Below, piece by piece: positions 45,244 through 53,933 of a stretch of 64,000 bases of DNA. Below the pieces are notes generated by a model, which searched no databases, was not told where the DNA came from, and saw only the letters and a list, made by a program, of their open reading frames with translations. The stretch is from NCBI GenBank assembly GCA_965603565.1, contig CBFDDM010000001.1, positions 7,299 through 71,298 of the forward strand. Direction: 5' to 3'. The stretch's first letter is position 1. Each line of letters begins with the position of its first letter. This DNA is from an uncultured Anaerolineales bacterium (GTDB taxonomy: Bacteria > Chloroflexota > Anaerolineae > Anaerolineales > E44-bin32). A program made the translations under genes and the position numbers.

Positions 45244-46899
45244 ATGAAAAAGAAACTCCTAGCCGCAATGCTGTTCGGGCTTCTGCTGGCACTCGTGCCC
45301 GCATTCACTTCGGCACAGGATGGCCTCGTCGTCACCGTAGGAACAGAATTCAGCTGCGACTCGGCACTGTTCACGATTGCAATCGAAGGTGGATCCGCCC
45401 CTTACATAGTTGCAGTCGATTATGGCGATGGCGCCTTAGAAGAGCAGCTTGTCGAAGAAGGTGAGCTTATACTGGAACACACCTATCTCTTCCAGGGGGG
45501 GTTTCCTTGGTCGGTGAACGTCGAGGATTCGCTTGGCGCTATGAGCAGCGAATCCGGCACAGCATTCCTGAGTGGTCCAGAAGTCTCGTTGAGTTCCACT
45601 CCATTCCCTCCGCTGCTCACCCTCGATGGGGGTGAGGCGAGCGTCTCGTTCACCGCCAATGTCTCCGACGGCACGCCGCCATATACCTACGAATGGGATC
45701 TCAATGGCGACGGCGTCACGGAGGAAGGCTTCACGGGTCCTGAAACCGAGTTCACCTACACCGAGTATGGCTACTATGATTCCGAGGTCCGCGTTACGGA
45801 TGCGTGCGGTTTCGTCGAGACAGATTCGCTCACGGTCCAGGTGTTGGATCCAGAATCCATGCCCTCCGACTATTGCCATCCCACGGCTCAGAAAATCGCC
45901 GAAGCGGTCAACAGCATCTTCCCGGACCAGGCGACTCAGATTTACAGCTGTGAGGATATCTTTAACATTTTTGAAGGTGCCTTGACGGGCTACCAGCTCG
46001 GTTTCGGTCGCATGTGGCATGCTTACCAATTGAGCCAGACAATCGAAGAGCTTAACTGGGAGCAGATCCTTGACTGGCAGCTTAACAACAGCGGCTGGGG
46101 CTTGCTTGTTCAGCTTGATCGCTATGGCGACCTGCTCGAGGAGCAATCGATCGTAGAGTTGATGGCGCTCGTGGCATCCGATGACTACAGCATGAACGAT
46201 GTGCGCAGCGCGGTGCGCGCCGTCCCCCGCCATGACGCCGATTTTGAGGATGCGCTGGAACGCATAAGTGCTGGCGCCAACCCCGGTGAACTCAAACAAT
46301 TCTACACATTAGCTCAAGAGCTTGAAGTGGATCCCGCAGTTCTGGATGAATATCTAGAGGGTGGCTATGGCCTGACCGATCTACGCCACAGCGCGAAGTT
46401 CGCCGAGCGCATGGATGTGGATTGGACTGAGATCGCTGAGGCCTACGATGCAGCAGGCAACTGGGGCACTGTGAAACAAGCATACCGACTTGTCAGCGAT
46501 GAGCACAGCGCGGAAGATATCCTGACCACTGGCGTACAGGAGTTCCGCGCGATGGAGCGTGATGAAGATCGCGCCACGCGCGAAGCGAAGCGCGCCGAGG
46601 ACACTGCCCAGAAGCTCGCGGAGCAATATGAGGCCGAACTCGGCGACGTAATGGCGCTCTATAACGGAGAATGCGAAGGGGACTGGGGATGTGTGAGGAA
46701 GGCCTTTCGGGAACAAGCCCAGACACAGGGTAGCTCCGATAAAGACGCTCGCACCGCGCAGCAAATCGCTTCGAAGTACGGTGTGACCGAGGTTGAGGTC
46801 ATGGATGTCTTCCAGACAACCTGCGCCGGCGATTGGGCCTGCACTCGAGCCCACTTTCGAGGGCTTACCCGACCTGATAAAGGCAAGCCGGAGAAATAA
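45244..46899 (+). CDS. secreted hypothetical protein with PKD domain and repeated helical CxGDWxC modules
   Basis: ORF 45187..46899. Start moved to MKKKLLAAMLFGLLLALVPAFTSA. PKD-like YTYEWDLNGDG...VRVTD. Two CEGDWGC / CAGDWAC repeats near the C-terminus. Confidence 0.65.
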   Translation: MKKKLLAAMLFGLLLALVPAFTSAQDGLVVTVGTEFSCDSALFTIAIEGGSAPYIVAVDYGDGALEEQLVEEGELILEHTYLFQGGFPWSVNVEDSLGAMSSESGTAFLSGPEVSLSSTPFPPLLTLDGGEASVSFTANVSDGTPPYTYEWDLNGDGVTEEGFTGPETEFTYTEYGYYDSEVRVTDACGFVETDSLTVQVLDPESMPSDYCHPTAQKIAEAVNSIFPDQATQIYSCEDIFNIFEGALTGYQLGFGRMWHAYQLSQTIEELNWEQILDWQLNNSGWGLLVQLDRYGDLLEEQSIVELMALVASDDYSMNDVRSAVRAVPRHDADFEDALERISAGANPGELKQFYTLAQELEVDPAVLDEYLEGGYGLTDLRHSAKFAERMDVDWTEIAEAYDAAGNWGTVKQAYRLVSDEHSAEDILTTGVQEFRAMERDEDRATREAKRAEDTAQKLAEQYEAELGDVMALYNGECEGDWGCVRKAFREQAQTQGSSDKDARTAQQIASKYGVTEVEVMDVFQTTCAGDWACTRAHFRGLTRPDKGKPEK

Positions 46900-46920
46900 G
46901 CGTTGGATCGATTAAATTCA

Positions 46921-46953
46921 AAGAGGCGGTCATGAGACTGCCTCTTTTGATTT
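46921..46953. terminator. intrinsic terminator between convergent genes
   Basis: AAGAGGCGGTC-ATGA-GACTGCCTCTT (one G-U pair) followed by TTGATTT. Confidence 0.75.
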
Positions 46954-46975
46954 AATTATGGTCGACTAGACGAAC

Positions 46976-47716
46976 TTAATCGCCAGAGGGAGCGAGCGCG
47001 GTTTGTCGCTCCTCTGCCGGTGCAGGCTTGCCGGCCAGCACGAATCCGATGTACATCAGCACCGCAGCAAACAGCTCGCCCAGATACAGCAACTGACCAT
47101 ATCCCATGCGGGTCAGTGTGCTCGCTGCCCCGATAGACAGCGCGCCCGCCGCGATGAGCACGTTGCCCAACACGCGGTTAGGCAGCACGCGCTTGCGCAG
47201 GAAGAGCCACGCAGACCAGAGCGCCCCGCCAACCAATGTGACCAGACCGTAAATATTGAAAAACGGTGTTGTCAGACGAACGGTTCCGCCCTGATCGATC
47301 GGCGGCATGATCTCACGATACTGTTCGCTGATCGCCACCCCGGTTTTGAATTGGCCCGGATCGAGCCGCACCATCGCCTGGAACATGAAAACCGCAGCGA
47401 CGAGGCTGCCAACGATGAGCAAGCCGGTCACTACGTTGCGCCAGCGCTTGCGCACCAGCAGCAGGAATGTGCCGTGGCCGATCCAACCGGCATTCAGCGC
47501 TGCCCCAAAAAAATACCACATGAAGAAGACCACCGCGCTCCAGCCGAAGATCGCGAAATACGCTTCGGCAAAGCTGCCGACGCTGAACATCGCCAACCCG
47601 ACCCCCCAGAAGAGGAAATGCACTTTGCGGCGGGCAACATAGCGCTGGAGCACGGACACGGTGAAAACGATCATTACCGCTGTAGAGATAAACGGAAGAA
47701 AATTATTCAAGCTCAT
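46976..47716 (-). CDS. hypothetical polytopic membrane protein
   Basis: ORF 46976..47764. Start moved to MSLNNFLPF (ATG 47716), preceded by AAGGAGGG. About 7 hydrophobic helices. Confidence 0.55.
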   Translation of the reverse strand: MSLNNFLPFISTAVMIVFTVSVLQRYVARRKVHFLFWGVGLAMFSVGSFAEAYFAIFGWSAVVFFMWYFFGAALNAGWIGHGTFLLLVRKRWRNVVTGLLIVGSLVAAVFMFQAMVRLDPGQFKTGVAISEQYREIMPPIDQGGTVRLTTPFFNIYGLVTLVGGALWSAWLFLRKRVLPNRVLGNVLIAAGALSIGAASTLTRMGYGQLLYLGELFAAVLMYIGFVLAGKPAPAEERQTALAPSGD

Positions 47717-47747
47717 AACACCCTCCTTTGAAACCTTCAAAATCGCA

Positions 47748-47909
47748 CTACCGGAACGGGACAATGCCTAAAAGCACGCCCAGCGCAAACAAAATGAGCA
47801 CAACCATGATCACGCCCATGCCAATAAGCAGTGCAGGCACAACCCGGTTGTAGAAAACCGAATCAGAATCAATACGTGCTGAGTTCCTTTGTTCTTCGTT
47901 TTTATCCAT
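47748..47909 (-). CDS. possible small single-TM protein (53 aa), not in the ORF track
   Basis: Own translation: MDKNEEQRNSARIDSDSVFYNRVVPALLIGMGVIMVVLILFALGVLLGIVPFR. No clear SD sequence. Confidence 0.3.
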   Translation of the reverse strand: MDKNEEQRNSARIDSDSVFYNRVVPALLIGMGVIMVVLILFALGVLLGIVPFR

Positions 47910-48051
47910 CAACCGACTTGAACTTTCTGATCAGCGCGCTGACCTCACCAACCACCCAACGCGATCTGCGAACAGACACAGTCTAGTCCCTGCAAATTAA
48001 CGGATCGGGAATCTCTGATGAGATTTCGATAAGAACTGCGTGGAACGACGG

Positions 48052-48080
48052 TTGACATCCCTTACGACATTATGTAGAAT
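48052..48080 (+). promoter_or_regulatory. sigma-70-type promoter TTGACA-17-TAGAAT upstream of the MCO-ZIP-cytochrome c operon
   Basis: TTGACA at 48052..48057 and TAGAAT at 48075..48080. A second TATAAT lies at 48096..48101. Confidence 0.6.
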
Positions 48081-48169
48081 TCGGACAAATTTAGGTATAA
48101 TTAAATTCATTCTTTGCTAAACTAAAGCTAGAGTCTGTACTGCAAGACAGCAGAGCTGTGGAGGTGACC

Positions 48170-49285
48170 ATGAGTTCAGATCATGATAGAAAAGGGTTTT
48201 TCGGCCGACGCGGATTTCTCAAGGCGGGTCTGCTGACCAGCGGGCTGGTGGCACCGCTAGTGGGCGCGATAAAAACAATGGAGGGCTCCGCAGGCTCAGG
48301 TCCCGACCCTGAGCCGAGAGAGCAAGGTCAACCTGGGCACGGGGGATTCGGCGCCGTCGGTCAGGTGGATCACGAATTTAACGGTTTCGATCCGCACGAG
48401 ATGCTCTACGATTGGGATTACGGTGAGGTTAGCACGCTGCCCAACGGGCAAACGCTGCGAGAGTATAAATTCACCGCCGTGGACAAGGATATTGAGGTCG
48501 CTCCAGGCGTGATTTTTCCTTCCTGGGCGTATAACGGCCGAGTGCCGGGCCCCAGCATCCGCTGCGTGGAGGGAGATCGCATCCGCATCGAGTTCACCAA
48601 CGCCAGCCGACACCCGCACACGATCCACTTTCACGGCATCCATCATGCTTCCATGGACGGTGTCCCCGGCGTCGGAGCTGGCAATATCCATACCGGCGAG
48701 ACCACCATCTACGAATTTGATGCCGAGCCTTTCGGCTGCCATCTCTACCACTGCCATTCAAACCCTCTGAAGCGTCATATCCACAAGGGGCTCTACGGCG
48801 CGTTCATCGTCGATCCTGATCCGGAGAAGTACTCTGGCCGGGAGCGTGAGATCGCCAAAACCCGCAATCATAACTTTCCCGAAAACGAACCCTGGAACGA
48901 GATGATGATGGTGATGAACGCCTTCGACACCAATTTCGATGGCGAGAACGAAATTTACGCCGTCAACACCGTGGCGTTCGCCTACAACAACCCGCCCATC
49001 CCCATTAAAGCCGACAACCCTCAGCGGCTCTATCTCATCAACACAACAGAGTTCGATCCAATCAATTCGCTGCACACGCATGCCAATTTCTTCGATTATT
49101 ACGATCACGGGACCTCGTTTGAGCCCACATTCAAAACTATCGATACGGTGATGCAGTGCCAGGCTCAGCGCGGCATCCTTGAATTCTCGTTCAAGGACCA
49201 TGAGCCTGGACTCTATATGTTTCACGCCCACCAATCCGAGTTTGTGGAGCTCGGATGGATGGCGTTCTTCGAAGTGCAGGAATAA
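48170..49285 (+). CDS. Tat-exported two-domain multicopper oxidase (NirK/type-C 2dMCO-like)
   Basis: Start ATG 48170 after GGAGGTG. Twin-arginine GRRGFLKAG. Four HxH copper motifs: HFHG, HCH, HTH, HAH. Confidence 0.8.
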   Translation: MSSDHDRKGFFGRRGFLKAGLLTSGLVAPLVGAIKTMEGSAGSGPDPEPREQGQPGHGGFGAVGQVDHEFNGFDPHEMLYDWDYGEVSTLPNGQTLREYKFTAVDKDIEVAPGVIFPSWAYNGRVPGPSIRCVEGDRIRIEFTNASRHPHTIHFHGIHHASMDGVPGVGAGNIHTGETTIYEFDAEPFGCHLYHCHSNPLKRHIHKGLYGAFIVDPDPEKYSGREREIAKTRNHNFPENEPWNEMMMVMNAFDTNFDGENEIYAVNTVAFAYNNPPIPIKADNPQRLYLINTTEFDPINSLHTHANFFDYYDHGTSFEPTFKTIDTVMQCQAQRGILEFSFKDHEPGLYMFHAHQSEFVELGWMAFFEVQE

Positions 49286-49297
49286 GGAAACGCTATT

Positions 49298-50521
49298 ATG
49301 AACAGGCAAACAAAGAAACAAACCGCCCTTCCCATCTGGCTCTCGGCTCTGCTGCCAATCCTGGCGCTGGCTGGCATGCTCGCCTTTTTCCTGCTCGGGA
49401 ATCCTCTGGCGCCGTTCAGGGCCGACCTACCTCCCATCGAATTGCTTAATTTCGGAAGAGTGCGCGTTGTCGACGAGGGTTTCAAATTGTCGGTTGTAAA
49501 CGAAGGCCCCGATCCGATTCGCATCTCCCAGGTACTCGTCGATGAAGCTTATTGGGAGTTCGATTCAGACCCGCGCGTCCTCCAACGCTATGACAACGCC
49601 GAGATCACTATCTATTACCCCTGGGTGCGTGGCGAACCGCACGAGATCCGCCTGATCACTGAGACAGGTCTCACGTTCGACACCGAGGTGGAGCTAGCCA
49701 TCCCCACCCCGGTGCCGGGCATGCGCGAATTCTTGGCTTACGGTCTGTTGGGGATCTACGTGGGCATCATCCCGGTAGGACTGGGAATGCTATGGTTCCC
49801 CGCGCTGCGGCGCATCGATCGCAAGTGGCTCGACGCAGTACTCGCATTGACTATCGGATTGCTTGTGTTCCTATTTGTGGACACGTTTTTAGAAGGGTTG
49901 GAGGTCGCCGAAAGCCTGCCCGGGTTCTTCCAGGGTGTTCCGCTGGTTATCTTCGCGGCGCTTACCACGTGGTTGGTGCTTATGGCCGTGCGCTCTTCAG
50001 GCGAGAAAGAAGATCACGCAGGAGATGATGCGCTGGGTTTGGCGCGCTTGATCGCGCTGAGTATCGGGCTGCACAACCTGGGAGAGGGCCTCGCCATAGG
50101 AGCCGCGTTTGCGCTCGGTGAGGCTGCGCTGGGATCCTTCCTGGTGATCGGATTCACCCTGCACAACATCACGGAAGGCATCGGTATCGCTGCCCCGCTG
50201 CTGCCGCGCATTCGACCGGAAGATGACGAGGACAGAAAGGTTTCAACACGGCTGCCGACTTTTATTTGGCTTATTTTGCTGGCGGGCGCACCGGCTATCC
50301 TCGGAGCGTGGATCGGTGGATTCTTGTACTCGCCACTGCTGTCGACACTCTTTTTAGGTATCGGTGTGGGTGCCATATGGCAGGTGATCGTCGAGGTGAC
50401 GGGTTTGCTTCAGCGCAATGCAGCCAGCGCCCATCGCACTGTCTTCTCCTGGCTGAATGTAGGCGGCTTTACGATGGGGCTCATGATCATGTATCTGACG
50501 GCATTTTTGGTGAGTTTTTAG
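49298..50521 (+). CDS. ZIP family metal transporter with extra N-terminal TM helix plus ~110-aa extracytoplasmic domain
   Basis: HNLGEGLAIGAAF and HNITEGIGIAAPL ZIP motifs in the C-terminal ~270 aa. The N-terminal ~135 aa have no counterpart in the ZIP at 31049..31801. Confidence 0.8.
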   Translation: MNRQTKKQTALPIWLSALLPILALAGMLAFFLLGNPLAPFRADLPPIELLNFGRVRVVDEGFKLSVVNEGPDPIRISQVLVDEAYWEFDSDPRVLQRYDNAEITIYYPWVRGEPHEIRLITETGLTFDTEVELAIPTPVPGMREFLAYGLLGIYVGIIPVGLGMLWFPALRRIDRKWLDAVLALTIGLLVFLFVDTFLEGLEVAESLPGFFQGVPLVIFAALTTWLVLMAVRSSGEKEDHAGDDALGLARLIALSIGLHNLGEGLAIGAAFALGEAALGSFLVIGFTLHNITEGIGIAAPLLPRIRPEDDEDRKVSTRLPTFIWLILLAGAPAILGAWIGGFLYSPLLSTLFLGIGVGAIWQVIVEVTGLLQRNAASAHRTVFSWLNVGGFTMGLMIMYLTAFLVSF

Positions 50522-50531
50522 TGGAGAGGCA

Positions 50532-50993
50532 ATGAAAATCTTGGGCAAAAACGATCCGGGGAGATTTCAAGATCGTCACCCCGCTCGCAGTCAGTGGGTA
50601 TCCCTTGTAGGCTTAGGATTTGCGCTTGTGGTCATCACCGCCTGCGCCCCGGCTTCTCCCGCTGACGATCCGGAGGAAGGGCGCCGGCTGTATATGCAGC
50701 AAACGATCGATGGAGCGCCTGGCTGCATCACCTGTCACAGCCCTGACCCCGAAGTGGATAGGATCGGACCCTCACATGATGACATCATCTCGCGCACCCG
50801 GGAGACCCTCGCCAGCCCTGAGTACACTGGCTCGGCCAAGGACGTTGAAGGCTATCTGCGCGAATCTATTTTGGAGCCCGACGCCTTCATACGTGCGGGG
50901 TACCCATCTGGTACGATGCCCCAGGATTATGATGAGATCCTCAGCGACCAGCAGGTCGCGGACTTAATCGCCTATATAAAGACACTCGATTAG
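50532..50993 (+). CDS. membrane/lipid-anchored c-type cytochrome
   Basis: Lipobox-like VVITAC. Single CITCH heme-binding motif. Downstream Met candidates (SGTMPQ). Confidence 0.75.
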   Translation: MKILGKNDPGRFQDRHPARSQWVSLVGLGFALVVITACAPASPADDPEEGRRLYMQQTIDGAPGCITCHSPDPEVDRIGPSHDDIISRTRETLASPEYTGSAKDVEGYLRESILEPDAFIRAGYPSGTMPQDYDEILSDQQVADLIAYIKTLD

Positions 50994-51005
50994 TGCGACA
51001 TAGTC

Positions 51006-51037
51006 CGCGGGAGCGGGGGAATACCCCCGCTCCCGCG
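51006..51037. terminator. 14-bp GC hairpin between convergent operons (no U-tract)
   Basis: CGCGGGAGCGGGGG-AATA-CCCCCGCTCCCGCG. Confidence 0.5.
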
Positions 51038-51061
51038 ATCTAGAGAGCAGGAACTGCAATT

Positions 51062-52309
51062 CTAGGAAATTTCCTGGCGCAGATCGGTATCTGGTTTGAA
51101 CGTAGACCAAGCAAACCAAAAGTGCTCGGCAGAAACTATGCGCTCCAGCTTCTCGCCGGCCAGGGGTCCATCGATAGCTTCCCCCAACAAATTCCAGGTT
51201 GTTCCGGTCTCTACATCCTCAAAGCCTTGCTCTGTCGCGGAGAACGTGAGCACTTCCCCATCAATCTCCCGACTAAACACGCCGGTTGAACCTGTATCCG
51301 GACCGTTGTTGCCAAAAGTGGATATTGTCCCACTTTGCCAGAACACGACGATGGGCTGCTCGTCAACAACATCGTTGACCACCTGCACATCTTCCAGGAA
51401 ACTGAATGGATAAGCGACGTTGGAGCCTTCGAGGGCAACAACCCTCTCCATCGGAATCAGCCGATCATCACCCCCGCCGGGGATGGGGAAGAACGGGTTT
51501 GAATTCACACTGTCATATCCAGCATATGGATTTCTGCCATACGAGCGCACATGCCCTGTTTCTCGCGAGAGTACCTTGCTTTCCGGGTGTGCTTGCTTGA
51601 AATCCTCCCAGGCAATAATCTGCGAAGGCAGGAATGCCAATTGTGTCCCGGTCAGATCGCCGACGATCGCTTCGCCGGTGAACTGCTGCCACCAGGAGAA
51701 AGTCTGCCGGTCATACATCACCAGGTCCGAATTACGCAGGTTGCCTGTCGTGCCGAAATCTAAAACTGTTCCATCTGGCAGCGTCCGATCAAAGGCGATC
51801 GTCGCATTGCACAACGGGCAGAACGTCAACGCCACCGGCATGCCGCCCACCTCGTCATTCACGATCTCGTGCCAGATCAGGATCGCCAGCGGGTAGGCGC
51901 GTGCGTCGTCGTTGTGTTCGAAGAACATCACCGGCCAATCATTCTCGAGCCACTCGTCCGCTGCCTCGATGCTTTCAAATTTTGGGGTATCTATCGCCGG
52001 GATCGCGTCTGGTGGTGGTCCGCCGGAACGGAACTCGCTGTAGGGCACGCTGTGCTTACAGAAATTCGTGCGGCCTTCCCAAAAACCGGTCGAAAAACGA
52101 ACTCGCTCACCTTCAAAGGGATCGTCGCACTGCGCATCCTGGACCCGGTGCGTCGCGGTCGCTTCGGGGGAAGCGCTGTCCTTATCAGCAAGCTCTTCTG
52201 TAGGCTCACTTTCCGGAATAGAGGTGGCCTGCTGTGCCAATGGCGCGCATGCTGCCGCCACGATTGCTATGAAACTAAGTGTGGAAAGATACTTTATACC
52301 TTTTGTCAT
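51062..52309 (-). CDS. DUF3179 domain protein, lipoprotein-type signal
   Basis: AAACAP lipobox. PPDAIPAIDTPKF...AYPL.IL.WHEIVND.VGG.PV.LTFCPLCN..IAFDR. Confidence 0.75.
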   Translation of the reverse strand: MTKGIKYLSTLSFIAIVAAACAPLAQQATSIPESEPTEELADKDSASPEATATHRVQDAQCDDPFEGERVRFSTGFWEGRTNFCKHSVPYSEFRSGGPPPDAIPAIDTPKFESIEAADEWLENDWPVMFFEHNDDARAYPLAILIWHEIVNDEVGGMPVALTFCPLCNATIAFDRTLPDGTVLDFGTTGNLRNSDLVMYDRQTFSWWQQFTGEAIVGDLTGTQLAFLPSQIIAWEDFKQAHPESKVLSRETGHVRSYGRNPYAGYDSVNSNPFFPIPGGGDDRLIPMERVVALEGSNVAYPFSFLEDVQVVNDVVDEQPIVVFWQSGTISTFGNNGPDTGSTGVFSREIDGEVLTFSATEQGFEDVETGTTWNLLGEAIDGPLAGEKLERIVSAEHFWFAWSTFKPDTDLRQEIS

Positions 52310-52384
52310 GATTAACTCTCTGCCAATCCTTTATCGTCCAGTCGTTGGCTCGTATTTCTACGTCGCCAATGTGCCAGACTTTGC

Positions 52385-52966
52385 TTATCCGTTTAAACCG
52401 ATCTCTGCCAGGTTCTCGTCCAATTGACCCTCGGTCATCACCCCGATGTGATGAGCGCGAATGACGCCCAGTTCATCGACGAAAAACGACGTCGGGTAAC
52501 TGCGGTTGCGGTAAAGTCTTTGGACCTCTCCGCCGGGATCCAGGACAAGCTGGAAGGTCAATCCCAGCTCTTTGCCATAGTCTGCCACCGTCTCGCGCGA
52601 TTCATCAAAGTTGACCGCCAGGACCACGAATCCTTCATCCATAAACCTCTTATATCGATCCTGTATCGCCGGCATCTCGATGCGACAGGGGCCACACCAG
52701 GTCGCCCAGAAGTTGATCAGCACCGGCTGTCCGCGGAGTGTGCTCAGCTGCACCGTCTCTCCTGAGACGGTGCTCAGCGTAAAGTCTGGCGCCCGGGCGT
52801 TTAGCGCAGGTTCGACCGGCAAACTATCCGCAGCCTTCGTAGTCCCTTCAGAATACTGTCCGCCCAGCAGCCGCGGGCCATTCGCTACCGCGATGATCAC
52901 GAGCACTGCTACAACGATGAGAACTATCCATCTTCGCCGTATAAAGTTGATCGCCTTTTGATCCAT
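52385..52966 (-). CDS. TlpA/ResA-family thiol:disulfide oxidoreductase
   Basis: N-terminal TM anchor. FWATWCGPCRIEMP thioredoxin CxxC. Confidence 0.85.
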   Translation of the reverse strand: MDQKAINFIRRRWIVLIVVAVLVIIAVANGPRLLGGQYSEGTTKAADSLPVEPALNARAPDFTLSTVSGETVQLSTLRGQPVLINFWATWCGPCRIEMPAIQDRYKRFMDEGFVVLAVNFDESRETVADYGKELGLTFQLVLDPGGEVQRLYRNRSYPTSFFVDELGVIRAHHIGVMTEGQLDENLAEIGLNG

Positions 52967-52988
52967 ATCTCAATTTCACCCCTATAGC

Positions 52989-53711
52989 TCAGATACCAAA
53001 GTCAACGAAAAAACCAAATTGGGCTAATCTCTCAAGCGTCCCGGTCATCAGCATAAACCCAATGATGATCAGAAGCACTCCCGTCGCTACAGAAAGCGCT
53101 CTGATGAGCTTGCTGTGACGCCGCATCAAGTTGGTGAGGCTGCCCACGCCCAGTGCAGCAAGAAGGAACGGGATCGCCAAACCAATCGAATAGGCGCTTA
53201 GAAGAACTGCGCCGGTTGCGAGGCTTCCGCCGCTGACCGCCAACGTAAGCACCGCGCCGAGAACCGGCCCGACGCATGGCGCCCAACCGGCGGAGAAGAA
53301 CACGCCCATCAAGGCCGAGGAGGTCAAGCCGGCACCCTGGCTGGGCGTGTATTGGTGCCTGGTGTCATAGTCAAGAAACGGAATGTTAATCATACCGAGA
53401 GTGTGCAGTCCGAAGAGGATTACGATCGCACCCCCGACCCGCGCAATCCACTCTCGCACACTGAAAAGTAGACCACCCAGTGCTGAGGCGGCCACACCAA
53501 GCAGGACGAAGACAAGGCTGAAACCGACGACGAAGGCCACCCCGTGTGAAAAGGTCTGCCATCGGTTTTCAACCACGATCCCATCCGAGCTGACCGATCG
53601 ACCGCCCAGATAGCCGACATAAGCCGGCACGAGCGCCAAAACGCACGGGGACAAGAATGAAGCAAGCCCGGCGAGCACTGCCAGCCCAAAGGTGATATTT
53701 GTGGGATCCAT
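52989..53711 (-). CDS. ccdA: cytochrome c biogenesis protein CcdA (DsbD-family thiol transporter)
   Basis: FLSPCVLALVP and GWAPCVGP conserved Cys motifs. 6 TM helices. Confidence 0.85.
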   Translation of the reverse strand: MDPTNITFGLAVLAGLASFLSPCVLALVPAYVGYLGGRSVSSDGIVVENRWQTFSHGVAFVVGFSLVFVLLGVAASALGGLLFSVREWIARVGGAIVILFGLHTLGMINIPFLDYDTRHQYTPSQGAGLTSSALMGVFFSAGWAPCVGPVLGAVLTLAVSGGSLATGAVLLSAYSIGLAIPFLLAALGVGSLTNLMRRHSKLIRALSVATGVLLIIIGFMLMTGTLERLAQFGFFVDFGI

Positions 53712-53933
53712 TCCGCCTCCAGTGACCTGATCAATTTGAGAAGAAGCTCTATGCCTCTTCGCCCCTTAGATGAGGCTGGATGCAGACATTCTTACATGAG
53801 TAAATGATGAATATATGACTGTACCTCGTCCCGTTTGTGCGTATACAATAAAAATCCAGGCTGTATGACAATCCGTCCAGACAACGCCTGGCCGGATTCT
53901 GACCTCGATTATTGACGCTGCGGAGCGATCACA

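Noticed and set aside
48081-48110. TTAGGT half-site (AAATTTAGGTATAATTAAATT) downstream of the MCO promoter as a possible DtxR box
   Set aside because: It matches the 19-bp consensus at only about 11 positions and lacks the second half-site.
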